This document shows positions 14,226 to 27,604 of a DNA stretch of 64,000 bases, one piece after another; position 1 is the stretch's first letter, and every line of letters starts with the position of its first letter. The notes beneath the pieces are model-generated. The model ran no database searches and was not told the DNA's origin. It saw only the letters and a list, made by a program, of their open reading frames with translations. The position numbers and the translations under genes were made by a program. This DNA is from Podarcis gaigeae (lineage: Eukaryota), in assembly GCA_964106915.2 (NCBI GenBank), contig OZ066914.1; one strand, given 5' to 3'.

Positions 14226-16425
14226 TTTGCCCAGCATGGGTTAGTAGAGTCTCATGCTCTTACTAACTGAGCTATCCCAGCTATCATAAAAAAGAGCAAT
14301 GGCAGATTGAGCAGTTATAACAGTCGCCTTTGAAGAGTTTGACTAGTTAATCTGAAATCTGATGAAGCGGGCTCTGTGCCTTACCCAAAGCTGGATATAA
14401 CATCCTGGTTATCTACCTGGGTGAACACATCTGCCACATCCAGCAAAACACTGCCTTTGCCATCTGTGGCTGTCATCTAAGGCAACCATCCTGGTCTCTT
14501 CTGTCTCCCCTCACTCCTTTAGATGCTTAGTTAATGGGTGCTGCTTAATTCCTATATGAAATGCAATAAAGGAAAGTTGAAAGTTGCTAGCTGGACTATA
14601 CTGGAGAAATGTAAAATACATATTACTTCTTTAAACATTAATCTGAGTTAGCACAGGCGGTGGGAAGCTTCTCCTAAACTAGGCTGCCTGGTTCCCATGC
14701 CAATGTCCGAGTCTTAGTTCTCATAGAGATGGTAATCCTGTGTTCCCTAGGCTGTGCATGACTGAATGAGCCTCCATGCAAAAAGAAATTGAAATAACAT
14801 CCTGAAGGCTATGCTAGAATCTTTCTCTCTGGCATCATTTAATAAAGTTGGCAGCAGCTAGATGTCCACTTGGACCGTTGACTGTAATAGTAATTAGTTC
14901 TCTCTCTCCCCACCCCCAAGTCTTTGTTACTTTTAATCAAAGATGAAATGTGGGCTTGTTACACGTAGAACCATTAGTAAAGTCACTGGCCCTACCAAAA
15001 TTGCTCATTAGCAACAATTAATATTTTGTTTATAAGCAGCCAGCCCTAGAAGGGAGCAATATGAGCATTTCCCTAATTGAAGAAGTTACACTGCAGAACA
15101 GTTTAAGATGATTTTTAAGATTTTGCTGACAATGGGGGTATGGTGATGTTCTGGGTAAGGCCAGTTTTCCTGCTCCCTCTTTGTGTTCAGTGTACGCAGG
15201 GAGGGAAACATTGAAAAGGATAAATGAGTTAGGGAACTTGTTTCCACACCCCATCACTTGCAGATCCTAAAATGCCTGCATTGTTCTGACAGGTCCGTAA
15301 TTTAACTTAGTCAGTCTGAGAGGTATGTTGGAAAAGTTTGTACCTATGCGTCAAAGAGAGAATTTCACTCTGAGCTTGCAAACTGGCCTTTGGCAAGAAG
15401 TCCTAAACAATTTAAGTAGATAATTGGATTAAAATGCCATCAAACAAGTGCAGTCGTTGGAACCTGTTACATGAGTTACTTTCCTAGTAAAGTTACACAT
15501 CACACAGTTGCAAAGCTAGCCATTTCTAGATCTGCACATGTAAATTTCCCTTTCTCCTGTGAGAACTGGGGAGCTGGAGGAAGCCTTATAGGCCATCTAT
15601 CTTGTTGCAGTATATCTAGAGATCAAGGGAGGGAGGGAGATTCATTCTGGTTCGGACCTTTTTCTGGGATAAAGGAGTCAGACATTATTTCTATTTGACC
15701 AGCATGTTAAATCTATTGCTATACTTTGTCAAGATCATGACTTAGTACAAACCCATCTATGCTAGAGTACTTTCAATATTATAATAACCCTGTTAGTTCT
15801 TCCCTGGATTTTATTTTCTGGCATGAAATGTTTTTTGCTATGAACATTTGGTTTTAAGATATATTTAAAAAAACGAAACACCTGACTGTCAAGGCTGTAA
15901 GAGGTTCACTTTGCTGGCAGGACACTGAAAATAAGTTTCTAAATAATGCATGTGTTTCAACTGCATCAGTGATGTAACTATATTTGCCATGCAGTACAAA
16001 AACAAGCCAGGCTCATGTGCTCTGCTCTGCAGCCACAGCCAGAAAGTGCTCTCAACTCTGAATGAACCAGTACAGGTACCTGGAGGCAAGGCAAAAGCAA
16101 ACAACAATTGTGTCAGGCTGTAGTCCCATGCACACTTATTTGGAGGTAAATCTCACTGAACTCAGCTTGTCTTTATTCTGAGTAAACATACACACAACTG
16201 AACTGCATGACCCACAACCAAAGCAGCAGGCAAATATTTATTCAGAACTCTGGGGCAGTGTTTTAAAAAAAACAAAATAACTTAATTTCCAGGGCCTAGT
16301 CTTCAGAGAGACACTGCCTCCAACACTCTGGCTAGCAGTCACTGATAGCCCTATCATCCAATATTTTATCTCATCCTCTTGGAAAGCTATCCAGATTGGT
16401 GGCCATCACTTTCCTTTGTCTATCT

Positions 16426-16561
16426 CAATGTTTCCCAAACTTGGGTCCCCAGCTGTTTTTGAACTACAATTCCCATCATCCCTGACCACTGGTCCTGCTA
16501 GCTAGGGATGATGGGAGTTGTAGTCCAAAAACAGTTGGGGACCCAAGTTTGGGAAACACAG
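16426..16561. mobile_element. hAT-type MITE
   Basis: TIRs tgtttcccaaacttggg...cccaagtttgggaaaca. Confidence 0.8.
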
Positions 16562-16840
16562 GCCGAATCTTCCTACATTCAGCATCAATGGATGGCTTTG
16601 GATTCTAGTATTTTGAGAGGAAGGAAAACTTCTTGTCCACCTTCCTCACATTATGATAAATTTATACTGGAGTTTCTAAAAGGAAGCTTTTCATTATTTG
16701 GTCTGGAAGCGAACACTATTTTTACACAAATTTAGCAGTTTCTCCGCCTTCATTTTGCCCTAACTTTCCGGCTTCTGCCAACATAGTGCTCCTTTTGTGA
16801 AATTGAGTACACGTAATATTGTTAGCCAAGAGGAATAAAG

Positions 16841-16963
16841 GGTAAGGTAAAGGTAAAGAACCCCTGGATGGTTAAGTCCAGTCAAAGGCAACTATGGGGT
16901 GTGGTCTCATCTTGCGTTTCAGGCCAGGGGAGCTGGCGTTTGTCCACAGACAGCTTTCTGGGT
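16841..16963 (-). mobile_element. Sauria SINE 3' fragment
   Basis: aaggtaaaggtaaag tail followed by a truncated SINE body. Confidence 0.65.
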
Positions 16964-17933
16964 GCTCCCTTGCCCTGAAAATGCTGAAAAGCAAATTTAG
17001 CAAAATGAAATGTTTTTTTTTTAAACCTGCCCCTTACAATTGTTAATTTTATGTGTATACTGGCTAGATTCTGTTGCTAAGACCTCTAAATTCCTATCAC
17101 AATGCATAATATATCTTGTCTGTCTGTGTCTGTTTGTTTGTTTCACTCTGAATAAGGGATGTGTCCCAAATCGTAACTCGTATCTAGTTCATGTCAATAC
17201 TGAAGCAGAGATGGCAGCATGACAAACAGAAATGCGATTGCTCCCAGGGACTTGGATGTTAGCAGCAACCTTGAATAACCTGCATGCAGATTTTCAGTTC
17301 CAACGAGATTCTGGACGCATCCTAAGCATTAAAGGCTCTGTGCCAGAATCCAGCCAACAACCGTAATAACCTTACCATATAATTCTCTTTCACTGAAGAA
17401 GCAGCAAAGCAGATGGACAGATTCACTGGATAGGGTGGGGGAGGTAATTATGCAAAGCTGTTTGCAATAATATTAAAACATCCTCTTCTCTCTTTTTTAA
17501 AAGAAGTAGGTTTTTGTGCCATTTATTGCTAAGCCCTCAGAAACGCAGAAGTAAATCCCATTGTTCAAATATATGTGTACAGGACTGCAACGTTATTGCT
17601 CCGGCAGAGTAAGTAGCCACAAAAGACCCTCCATGTAAGTTAAAACGCCAGAGCTTTTTATACTGGGGGCAGAGAAAGAGCCTTACATGACCTTCCAAAA
17701 ATCTATTTTAGGAAACTCATATATGCCCAATATCCCTTACAGAGGTTACAAGCCAGATGAAATGTCCTCAAGCAAGCTTATTGAGAATGCTGCTGAAAAG
17801 TATTTTTCAAAGTAGGAGAAATGGTTGAAAGGAGATGAAGAAACAGAAAAGGGGCGTGCAGCAGTTGCGTTCCCCACCTCTCTCACACACACTGCCAGTC
17901 TGTCTGAGTATGAATGGAACAAAGCCTCTAGTG

Positions 17934-18070
17934 AAAGGCTTCCTCAAACTTGGCCCTCCATATGTGTTTGGCCTACAACTTCCATGATCCCTAGCTAGCA
18001 GGACCAGTGGTCAGGGATGATGGGAATTGTAGTCTCAAAACATCTGGTGGGCCAAGGTTGAGGAAGCCTG
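17934..18070. mobile_element. hAT-type MITE with 8 bp TSD
   Basis: TIRs aggcttcctcaa...ttgaggaagcct; flanked by ctctagtg at 17926-17933 and 18071-18078. Confidence 0.85.
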
Positions 18071-19503
18071 CTCTAGTGTTATGGTGCTGAGGCTCAGGTG
18101 GGGTAGCCTGTCTGGCTAAGGAGAATATAGACCTGTTATTGTGATAAGTTCCATCCTTCTAGCGGTAAAGTTAAGGCCTATGTCATCCTGAAGCAAAATC
18201 AGATAGTAGAAGCTTTCCCCACACCCTCTGCACTCTGCAAGAAGTCCACCATTTAAAAATATCCGTACCAGGAAAAAGTACAAACTAATCTGGAGTGCAA
18301 ACAGTAGAGTAGGTGCAATAAGATGCAATAAAGATCAGCAGATCAGCACACAGACTAGTAGATTCCAATAGGTGTAGGGCATCCACTGATCACGCTGAGA
18401 TCACAACTTAACATACATTTATGCCTGCAATTAGTACCAACTGCACAGCAAATGAGATAGTTTTCAACAGGGACATTCAATAAACCTATTGGCCCCAGAG
18501 GATAAAAAAAATTAAATATGTAAAATCTGCTTTACCAGTGTCTGCTTGTGTAATAATATGCTTCTAAAATTATTATTTAAAGGGTTCTTTTTAATTATAG
18601 CTCTACCAGCAGTTCTCAATCTACCCACCCTGCTCACCATTAAATTCATGTGTGTTTTTTTAACATAGGTGGAAATATGTAATTTTTATTCCAATAAGTA
18701 ATGCTGTCAGATACTGTTACTATTTTTTCCTTCAATAGCCTAGTCTACTGTCTGTAAATATTCAAACCAAAGTGATATTTAACCATTAATAAACTTTATA
18801 ACTTTCTCCTATAGATTTCACTTCATGTTGTATACTAGAATTATGCATGTGTAGGAATTATATTTTATATCATTCAAAGTATCTTTTGGGAGTGGAGTCT
18901 AGACTGTAAATCACTGCAGCAATTGGTGATGTTAGCAAAACTCAACCTGCTGATGATATTCATCCCATATGATAAGTGATCAGATGTTACATAATAGGGT
19001 TCTTTTCCCCATTGTTTACATTTTGTTCTCCATGTCTGCAAGTTGAAGGGGTGTTCTGTTTGTGATATCCTTAAGCACATGGATTGAGGAGTTAGTGCCA
19101 ACCATCCAACTCAGCGAAATGTCCCTCTAGATAAACATATTATTAGGATCCAGCTGCATGCATTTATGTTAACTTGACAGCCCAATCCTGAGCATGTTTA
19201 TTTGAAAGTAAATTTGTTCAGTAGGGATTACTTGCCAATAAGTGTCTTGTCTACAGGATGGCAACTTGGGAGTCAAATGACATATTTTTTTTTAGGTATG
19301 CTCAATGCTGGTTGCCCCTTTTATTTTACTTTTTTATTTTTTAAATGCATTTTTATTAAAGATTTCTTGGTTTACAAAAGTATGTCTCTTTTTCAAGTTA
19401 CATTTTCTGCAGATCAGTTTCATTTGTTGTGAGACATTAGCGTTACATTAAGCAAAAAAAGGGGGGAAGAGGTGGAGTAGCAATGCTTCTATTCTCCTTA
19501 GCG

Positions 19504-19664
19504 CAGGGGTACCCAAACGTTTTTCAAAGAGGGCCAGATTTTATGAAGTGAACATGTGTGAGAGCTGACCAAAGTTGTTAAGTTCTTTTTTACAATTTTA
19601 CCCCATGGCATATACTACCATGGGGGCTGGATTAGGCCCCCCAAATGGACTTTGGACATGCCTG
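19504..19664. mobile_element. short hAT-like element
   Basis: CAGG...CCTG ends; near-perfect 8 bp TSD ccttagcg/ccttagtg. Confidence 0.6.
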
Positions 19665-19947
19665 CCTTAGTGTACGTGTGGGGTTTTGGGTCAGCATCAT
19701 TACTCATTTTATTTTGTGGCCTAAAGTAGCTGATCAGCAGCTGTTGCTGGGGAGGAGAGATGATCAGACAGTGCATTGTAACCTGCCCTGCAGCAGCTGA
19801 GGCTGGAAAAGGGAGAAGAGACCCAGGACTACTAGTAAGCCTTCCTGGAAACATTCTCCACAGCATCATTGCTCTGTAATCTGCTGCTTAGCATGGAGAC
19901 AGTGAACAGAGAACAGGAGAAAAAGTACAGTAAGTAGTCATTTATTT

Positions 19948-19948
<1 letters not shown>

Positions 19949-20001
<53 letters not shown>
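19949..20001. repeat. (CT)n(CA)n microsatellite
   Basis: direct reading. Confidence 0.9.
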
Positions 20002-20704
20002 CATTTTATCTCTGGGTGATAAAGAGCTGGTAATGGAGAAACAGATAATTATTCAGTATTTCTCTCTGGGTGGGGGACTGGGGCCAAATGAGCTCTAGTT
20101 CTCTGTGCCATATTACTCAGGCATAGGTGGTGGATTACTCCTCTAATGGACAGTGACTACAGCTTAGTAGCAGAGCACCACAGTCAGGAGGTTTCAGAAT
20201 CAATCCCCAGCAGGCCTGGAAAAGCCTGTGATCTGAAAGTTGCTGATCAGTCTTTAACACTGGGCTAGGGACAAAAAACCACAACTGTCTTATATGATTG
20301 GCAACAGCTCTCCAAGGTTCCAGGCAGGGGTTGTTCCCAGCCCTACCTGGAGATGCTCAGAACTGAACCTAGGACCTTTTGCCTGCAAAACAGATGCTTT
20401 GCTGCCCAGCCAGGATACTGATGGCTAGAGAGGCTAATCTTCTGACTCAGTCTGTGAGCTGCCTACAGTCACTGGCTACCTGCTTCCTTGCTTGGCTCTG
20501 CTGGGCCTCCTCCTCCCTCTGTACTCTCTGCATGAACAGGAAGTGCCTGCAGAGGGAGAGGGCATCTCAGAAATGAGCAGCGCAACCATCACTTGCTCAA
20601 AACTTTCTGCAGAGCGGAAGGTGAGCAATCATGCAGAGGGAGGCAGCTGCCTTCTCCCCATTCTCTCTCTATAGGAAGATTGGGAGCCTCCACCACTGTG
20701 CCAA

Positions 20705-21061
20705 GGGACGTAGGTGGCGCTGTGGGTTAAACCACAGAGCCTAGGACTTGCTGATCAGAAGGTCGGCGGTTCGAATCCCCGAGACGGGGTGAGCTCCCGT
20801 TGCTCGGTCCCTGCTCCTGCCAACCTAGCAGTTTGAAAGCACATCAAAGTGCAAGTAGATAAATAGGTACTGCTCCAGCGGGAAGGTAAATGGCGTTTCT
20901 GTGTGCTGCTCTGGTTCGCCAGAAGCAGCTTAGTCATGCTGGCCACATGACCCGGAAGCTGTACGCCGGCTCCCTCGGCCAGTAAAGCGAGATGAGCGCC
21001 GCAACCCCAGAGTCGGTCACGACTGGACCTAATGGTCAGGGGTCTCTTTACCTTTACCTCT
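20705..21061 (+). mobile_element. full-length Sauria SINE
   Basis: GGGACG.GGTGGCGCTGTGGGTTAAAC head, B-box GTTCGAATCC, ACCTTT tail; TSD accactgtgccaa at 20692-20704 and 21062-21074. Confidence 0.92.
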
Positions 21062-21399
21062 ACCACTGTGCCAACAGAGGACCAACTTAGACCAGGAAGT
21101 GACAGGACGAGGGCAACTGCTCCTTCTATGCTCTTTGCTTCCTATTTGCTGCACTGCCCAGAGAGAGGAAGAAAGTGACGGTAGGCAGAGGCCATTGCTC
21201 GCGTTTTCTCTGTGTGCAGCACCACCACCAGCCCGGTCCTCCCCACTGAGGCGACCAGAGGAAGAAACAAAATTGCTTTGCTGCTGGTTTGCCTCTCCAC
21301 ACCAGCAATGCTAGTCGACCGGCTGCTTTTCCTACAAAAACTAACAAGTGGCATCCATGTTTTGAGTTGACCCCAGTGACTCCGCAACACTGGTTCTCA

Positions 21400-23230
21400 G
21401 GCCTTGTGCCGCAGGGCATCGGACTGATGGTTTTGCAGGCCCCTTCAGAGTGCGCTCTCGCAGCCTTCCTGAGATCTGGGTGCCCTCCAGCCTGTTTGGG
21501 GCTGCCACCCGCATCCGCTCCGGCCACCACGTCGCCGGGTTTTTCCTTCCTCCGTCGGATCTCTGACCGGGAGGAAGCGAGTAGGGACGCCATGTGCTTC
21601 GATCCCCAGGGAGCCTAACTCTTCGCGCCTGTGCGCTGCGGAGTGACTGCGCCGGCCTGAGTCAGAACCGCCCCGCCGCCGCCGAAGCCCGGCTCCCCTC
21701 GACGTGTGGGCCGGCACGTCCCGCGGTGGCCAACCCCGCCAGACAAGCGGCGGCGACCGCCCCCTCCGACGTCACGCGCGGGATTCCTACTTAAGCGCCC
21801 GCCGCCTCCCCCCGCCTCGCGGTACTGCAGCGGCAATCGGAGGGCCGGTCATTGCGCGCACGCTTTGCTAGACTTACCCAGGTAAGGAAGCGTTCGTGGG
21901 AACTAGGCGGGCTGGGCGAGGCGTGCAAAGAGCCCCGCGCCACCTTTTCCCACTTGCACCCTCGGGGTAAAGCAAGCCGTCCAAAGAGGACTTTCCCCTG
22001 CTGGATGGGTAGAAGGAGATCTTCCCAAGCGGATCCAAGAGACGGGGCGTTTGGCGCGCAAGGAAGGAGAGGCAGAGTCGGTAGGAGGGCAACCCTCTAG
22101 GTCGGGGTAAGGCAACTCCGGACGTTGTGGGACCACATCTCCCAGCATCCCAGGCTGTTGGCCACGCCAGCTTGGGCTGATGCGAGAGTTGTGCGTCTGG
22201 AGGGCACCACGTTGGCTACCCGTGAGAAGGTGTGAGAGGAGGAAATAGGAATCTCTCTCCGCTTCCCCCGTGTGCCCCCTGAAATGGTTTTGTAAGAAGT
22301 GTCCGGGGTGGGGAGAGAAGCAGGCTGTTGTGGTCCTTTTTTTGGCCCACTGGTCATTATGTAACGTGAGGGGTGGAGGGAGGCGGCTGCAGAAAGGGAT
22401 GCTCTGTACAGGTCAGAGAGTCTACTTTGGAGCGGAAAACGCCGACCCCTGGACCCTCAATAAATTCGAGCTGTTTTAGGTATGGTATTTTTTAATGGAT
22501 TTCCAATGCCCCGAGGCTTTGGGTGTGTTGGGGTGGAGAGATGACTGTGCTGGAGTTACTTTGCGAGGACCTGTGGACGCGTCGTATTTCCTTGCCGCCT
22601 CCGCCCTTGGTTCTGCAATATCCGCTACAGAGAGGAGGGAAAACGTGGTTTCCGAAAACCGCTGGGTCATCGCACTGCCGGGAGGAAATTAAAAAAGGGA
22701 GGGAGATGTCCGGGGAAGGTTGAGGTTTGGGGCCACTGGAACTTCTAGGTCGCTAGTCCATGGTGAGGTTTGCAGCTCAAGCGCAGCCGAGTTATTGCTC
22801 AGCCTGTTGCACCTTCTTAGCTCCTTTATTTCGTCCCGGGAGCGGGACTAGCACCGCCCTATCAACCCCCAGGCGAAGATCGCGGTGGTATTCTGTCTCT
22901 GACTCGCGTAGTTCTCGTGCCTTTGAGCCGGGATTCCTCCTTCCTTTTATCCCTGGCAACTAAATCAACCTGATTGCATTCGGCTCGCACGGAGGAGGAG
23001 GAAGTGTGGACAGTTCTCTCTATTCCCCGCCTGCATCGCCCCCTGCCCGACCATTTAATATCTTGCACCGGGAAAACTGGTCAGCACTGGATTCGGTGCC
23101 TCACACGGCCCGCTTCCCGGAAATTTAATTGGGAGGGGTATAAAGCGGTAGTTCATCTCGGCAGTAGCTGGATCGCGCTCGCAGTCGGTGATCCCCTTAG
23201 GAATATAGTGCCGCTTATGTAGGGGTGGGA
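21400..23230 (+). promoter_or_regulatory. LDHA CpG island and promoter
   Basis: CpG/GC-rich; AP-1 TGAGTCA 21658-21664; inverted HRE pair GACGTG-N8-CACGTC 21701-21720; CRE-like CGACGTCA 21767-21774; TATA-like CTTAAG ~21790; donor of non-coding exon 1 ccag|gtaagg at 21881. Confidence 0.85.
21820..21881 (+). other. LDHA: LDHA non-coding first exon (start approximate)
   Basis: ~30 nt downstream of the TATA-like CTTAA and ending at a strong donor CAG|GTAAGG; vertebrate LDHA has an untranslated exon 1. Confidence 0.6.
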
Positions 23231-24243
23231 GGAAGGTAGATCTGGATCTGCTGATCTCTGATGGATCTGCGTTAGATCACCGAGGGTTTCAGGCTGCCCT
23301 AACAAGACTGCTTCTCTCCACTTAAAACAGCTTAGGGTTTTTTTGTCGGGGGGGGGGCGTGCTAAGCAGGAGAAGACTCCTGAGTTCAAGTACTGTGAGT
23401 TCAGTTTTGGTTCAGAGAACCAAATTCTAGACACCTTATTTTTTTAAATTATAACTTGTTCGTGCATGGGCTTTGGCTGATTATATTTTGGTATTTTGTG
23501 TGTGTTTTAAGTATATCCGCTAAGCCTGAAATCTGTCTACCTCCCAAGGCTTAATACGCTTCCTGGTTAATAGTATTGCTACCTAGTTTAAGGGATGCCG
23601 GAAGAATCCCAGAGAAGATAACTTGTGTTAGTGAATCACTTCACTCTTCAGTGAGAATAGGTGGAGCCAGGCATTGATTTGTGAGGAGAATGCCCTTTCC
23701 CACAATTTGTTGTGACTTCCCATATTCTTGCAGATTTATTAGGGGTAATTCTTAGGACTACAGGAATGCAAACTATAGGGCCCAAACTACATATGCTCAA
23801 GTGGGCCACATGCATAGTGGAATGCAGTTTTTGCCAGATCTTCAGCTGGGAGCTTAGGGGAGCAAGCATAGTTGTGCCTCCTTGCAATGGAAATAGGTTA
23901 AAATGAGATGCAAGCTCAGCCAATTAGCTTCATTAGGGAGCTGAGATCTGAGCCCTGGTCAAAGCCCAGCACTCTTGGCTGCACAACAAGGCTGATCCTG
24001 TACATGGCTATGACTGTGTGCAGTTAGTTCCAGGCAGGGAGCTGGCAGAAGAACTTAATGTCTACAGACCCAGCAGTTGGGGCTAAATTAGGCTTGAATG
24101 TGGAGTGGCTCAGTTCACACAGGAAGTTGATGTAGTTGCTCCAGCACACAAACCAAATGGCTTGTAACACAAGTGTGCATTTACCACACTGTTACTGAAA
24201 ATGCATTTGGCAGCATTGTGGTGATGGCACCAAGTTGTGAATT

Positions 24244-24247
<4 letters not shown>

Positions 24248-24304
<57 letters not shown>
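24248..24304. repeat. (CT)n(CA)n microsatellite
   Basis: direct reading. Confidence 0.9.
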
Positions 24305-24306
<2 letters not shown>

Positions 24307-26435
24307 CGTATGTGGACGCACATGGTTCAGTGTAAGAGTTTGATTTTGTGAATTGGACTCAAGGCCTCATCTCACCTTTAAAGGCAGTATCATACCACTT
24401 CAAACAGTCATGGCTTATCTCAAATAACTCAGGGAACTAGTTTATTAAAGCTGCTGTGAGTTGTTTGGAGACCCCTATTCTCACACAGCCACAACTCCCA
24501 GAGTGAAGGGAACTCTCAGAACTCAAACTATGGTTCCTATGATTCTTTGGGGGAAGCCATGATTGCTTAAAGAGGTATGATACTTCTTTAAATGACTCCA
24601 GAAGTGTGCCACTGGTACCAAGTTCTAATAATATTCTGCTCTTTGTCCTGTGTTTGGTCACAGGAACATGATTTACCAGATTTCCCCTTCCTTCTTCCAA
24701 CATCTTGAATTTTGTAAATCTAGGTGCATGTTAACCCCCCATGGCTTTCCTAGCATCACATATGCAGATTCCCTTTGACTTCAGCTTCTTCATCAGATAC
24801 CACCCACAGGCCAGAGCCCTTTCATGTCAGAATGTGCCCTTGTGACCTTGGCCCCTACAGGGCAGTGGAATTAGGTTTCCATTTTGCTTGTTGAATTAGA
24901 CATGCAAAAAATAGTAATCCTGTTTTGTTACACTCTGCATGACACATTTCTGCCTATAGAGATGTGTCTTTCAATTTCAGGAAAGGTATCTGATGCTGCA
25001 AAATTGCTGATCAGATGAAAAAAATTACAATTTAATTGGAACAATGTGGAGCTTAATGTACGTACTGCATATGAATCTTGCTTGTGCCTCACTCTGAACT
25101 GCACTGTTGTTAATTCACACTATTATTGGTAACTAATAAGCAGCTGTTTTCAGTCTATGGGGAAGTTGCTAGATCATTCACTTGGCTACTGCTTCAGAAG
25201 TTGTGGTTTTGTTTTGTTGCAAAACTCGCTCATTGTCACAAATGTCTCCAAATACTTACTGATCACCAAACTGGAGTGCTGATGGTCACGGTGGAGAGAG
25301 AGTGCTTGCCTTGATTTGCTCTTTAACCACCAAGTGAACAGCTGCATATAGTAGCAACAAAAAGACCTACAGTAACTCTGATTCAATATATTCAGTAGGG
25401 ACACTCAGTATTTCCACATTTGCAGTAGCATCATTTCTGCAAAGAGCATAACTGAGCAGAGTGCTGCATATCAGATGACCCTTAAGTGATGCACCCAGGA
25501 GAGATCAGACTTTTTGGTTTCCCCCCCTTGCAGGTGTTCTACATGGGGCAGCTTTGAATGCAGGAATTGTCATAATTTTGGACTACAGGTGTATGGCTGA
25601 CTATCCCATGAGCTTTGGAAGCCCATCTTTTAATGACTGGTTCTGAGATGTGTCATCCTAGCACCTTGCTGTCAGTGATCCAGAATCTACATTCCACATT
25701 CTTCTCTCGCCAATATATCCCTTCAATGTGTCCTCCCTCCTCAGTCCTGTTGAGCATCCTTCCTTCTCTTCACCAGCCTTCTCCCACCAAGCAGATGTGC
25801 CTTTGTGCCACTACATTACACACTTGCTTGCGCCATACTCCCTCCCCCAGGTTGGTTCACCAACTTTAAATTGAGATGGCAATGGCTTGTTGCTGATTTT
25901 GATTCAGAACTGCCTGACACTCGTAATTCCAAAGTTTAACATCATGAAATGCCCCTTCATTCCAGCAACACTGACCACTAATCTGCTATATTGACCCCTT
26001 TATTTTCACTTTTGTGCTCTTGCATTGGCAGGCATGCACCCCCACCCCTTGTTGGTACTACCCAAGCTTTTTATTTTCCTGACTTGCTACTAGCTTCTAG
26101 CTCTGGACTCTGGCCCAACATGATATCCAGAATCAACCTTTGTCCTCCTGGGGATTTTCACCTGCCATGCTGCCAGTTTTCAGTCCAAGTCTCATTGTCT
26201 CTTGTCACCTACACCATTTCCAGAGCTGTTGTGGCCACAACATCAGAGTATGGCATAATATTTTATGGTTTTTATATATTGCCTAATATTTTATGGTTTT
26301 TATATGCTGTTCTCTCCCAAGACAGCTTTTAACATTAAACTAAACAAAACAAAACATGCATATTTAAGAAATAAAATAAAAACTTTAAGACAAGCATATA
26401 GAACCAAGAGCAAAGTGTTTGACTACTTCCGAGTG

Positions 26436-26475
26436 AGTTAGTCAGTCAGTCAGTCAGTCAGTCAGTCAGTCAGTC
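26436..26475. repeat. (AGTC)n tetranucleotide repeat
   Basis: direct reading. Confidence 0.85.
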
Positions 26476-27012
26476 GCATCTTTTAGTTCTCAATCACACC
26501 CTGGGTAGACTTTGTGCCTGAAAGCATACTGATCAAACAGACAAGATGTTTTGTTGCACAATGCACTGAACTTGCAAGATCCTTTGATAAGATATGTGGT
26601 TTTGTGTTGCCTGTGTACATTAGCATTCCGCTTCTTGAAAACCTCTGTCTCTCACCTGCAATGACCCTGCCAAATTTTCTAATGTCTATTTGGGGGGGAA
26701 ATGATACATATGTGCCAACAGTGGGTTGGATCCACACTAAAATTAGTTGATTGAACTTGGATCCCATGTAAATCAATGGGCAATTTACTCATGACTTTGT
26801 TCCCATTGTGAAAAAGAAGAATCTGCTAAAATTCAAATACTGCAATAACAATTCAAGCAAAATCAAGGTTCTTGCAAATTTGCAGAGTAAACTCTGTGGT
26901 GATGGGATCCATATTTGAAATGGACTGTGTTAACTTATAATCACAGCACAATTCAACAAGTGATGAAAATGAGTTGATTGTATTCTTATGTTTCCTCCCA
27001 CAGAGCTACAAG

Positions 27013-27138
27013 ATGTCTCTCAAGGAAAAGCTGATTGAAAATGTTCACAAAGAGGAACACCCTCATGCCCACAACAAGATCACCGTGGTTGGGGTTGGTG
27101 CAGTTGGCATGGCTTGTGCCATAAGCATTTTGATGAAG
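27013..27138 (+). CDS. LDHA: LDHA coding exon 1
   Basis: [42 protein letters not shown]|gtaggt; acceptor at 27003. Confidence 0.95.
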
Positions 27139-27604
27139 GTAGGTAAAATCTGTGTTTCGTGGGGCAAGATCTGTAGCCTTGCCTTTTCGTTTAGCAATAT
27201 TTTTAGCTGTTTATTTGCATTGCTGTGTTTTGAGGTTTTTCGTTGTTGTTCTTAACTGAATTTAATGTGTCACTTCATGCTACTTTGTAAGAAAGGTGAT
27301 GAACAAATACAATAATGCTAAATTTGTGTATTGCTATGTCTTTCTGTAAAAATAAAATGTTCTATAAAGCACATGTAGAGGCGTTTCCATAGACAGTCAA
27401 GTATGTTTCAATAAACCCAGTTTGTGAATACAAATCCTAACAGTGCAGCCTATGCATGCCTATTCAGAAATAAGTCCATTGGCTTCAATGGGACATACTC
27501 CAAGATCAGTGTATATAAGATTGCACTGCACACCTCAGATCTGTGCAAAATATCAACATAAGTTTACTGTAACCATGCGCTGAATTAATTTTGACCCTCC
27601 AGAC

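Noticed and set aside
19690-19860. Cluster of CAGCTG E-boxes and a TTCCTGGAA site as a putative LDHA muscle enhancer
   Set aside because: Short motifs are expected by chance; not supportable without conservation or chromatin data.
20705-20790. tRNA-like A/B boxes (also at 12.9, 60.3 and 62.2 kb)
   Set aside because: These are the tRNA-derived heads of SINEs, not tRNA genes.
21099-23222. Many overlapping 60-155 aa ORFs
   Set aside because: A by-product of CpG-island composition; no recognisable protein motifs.
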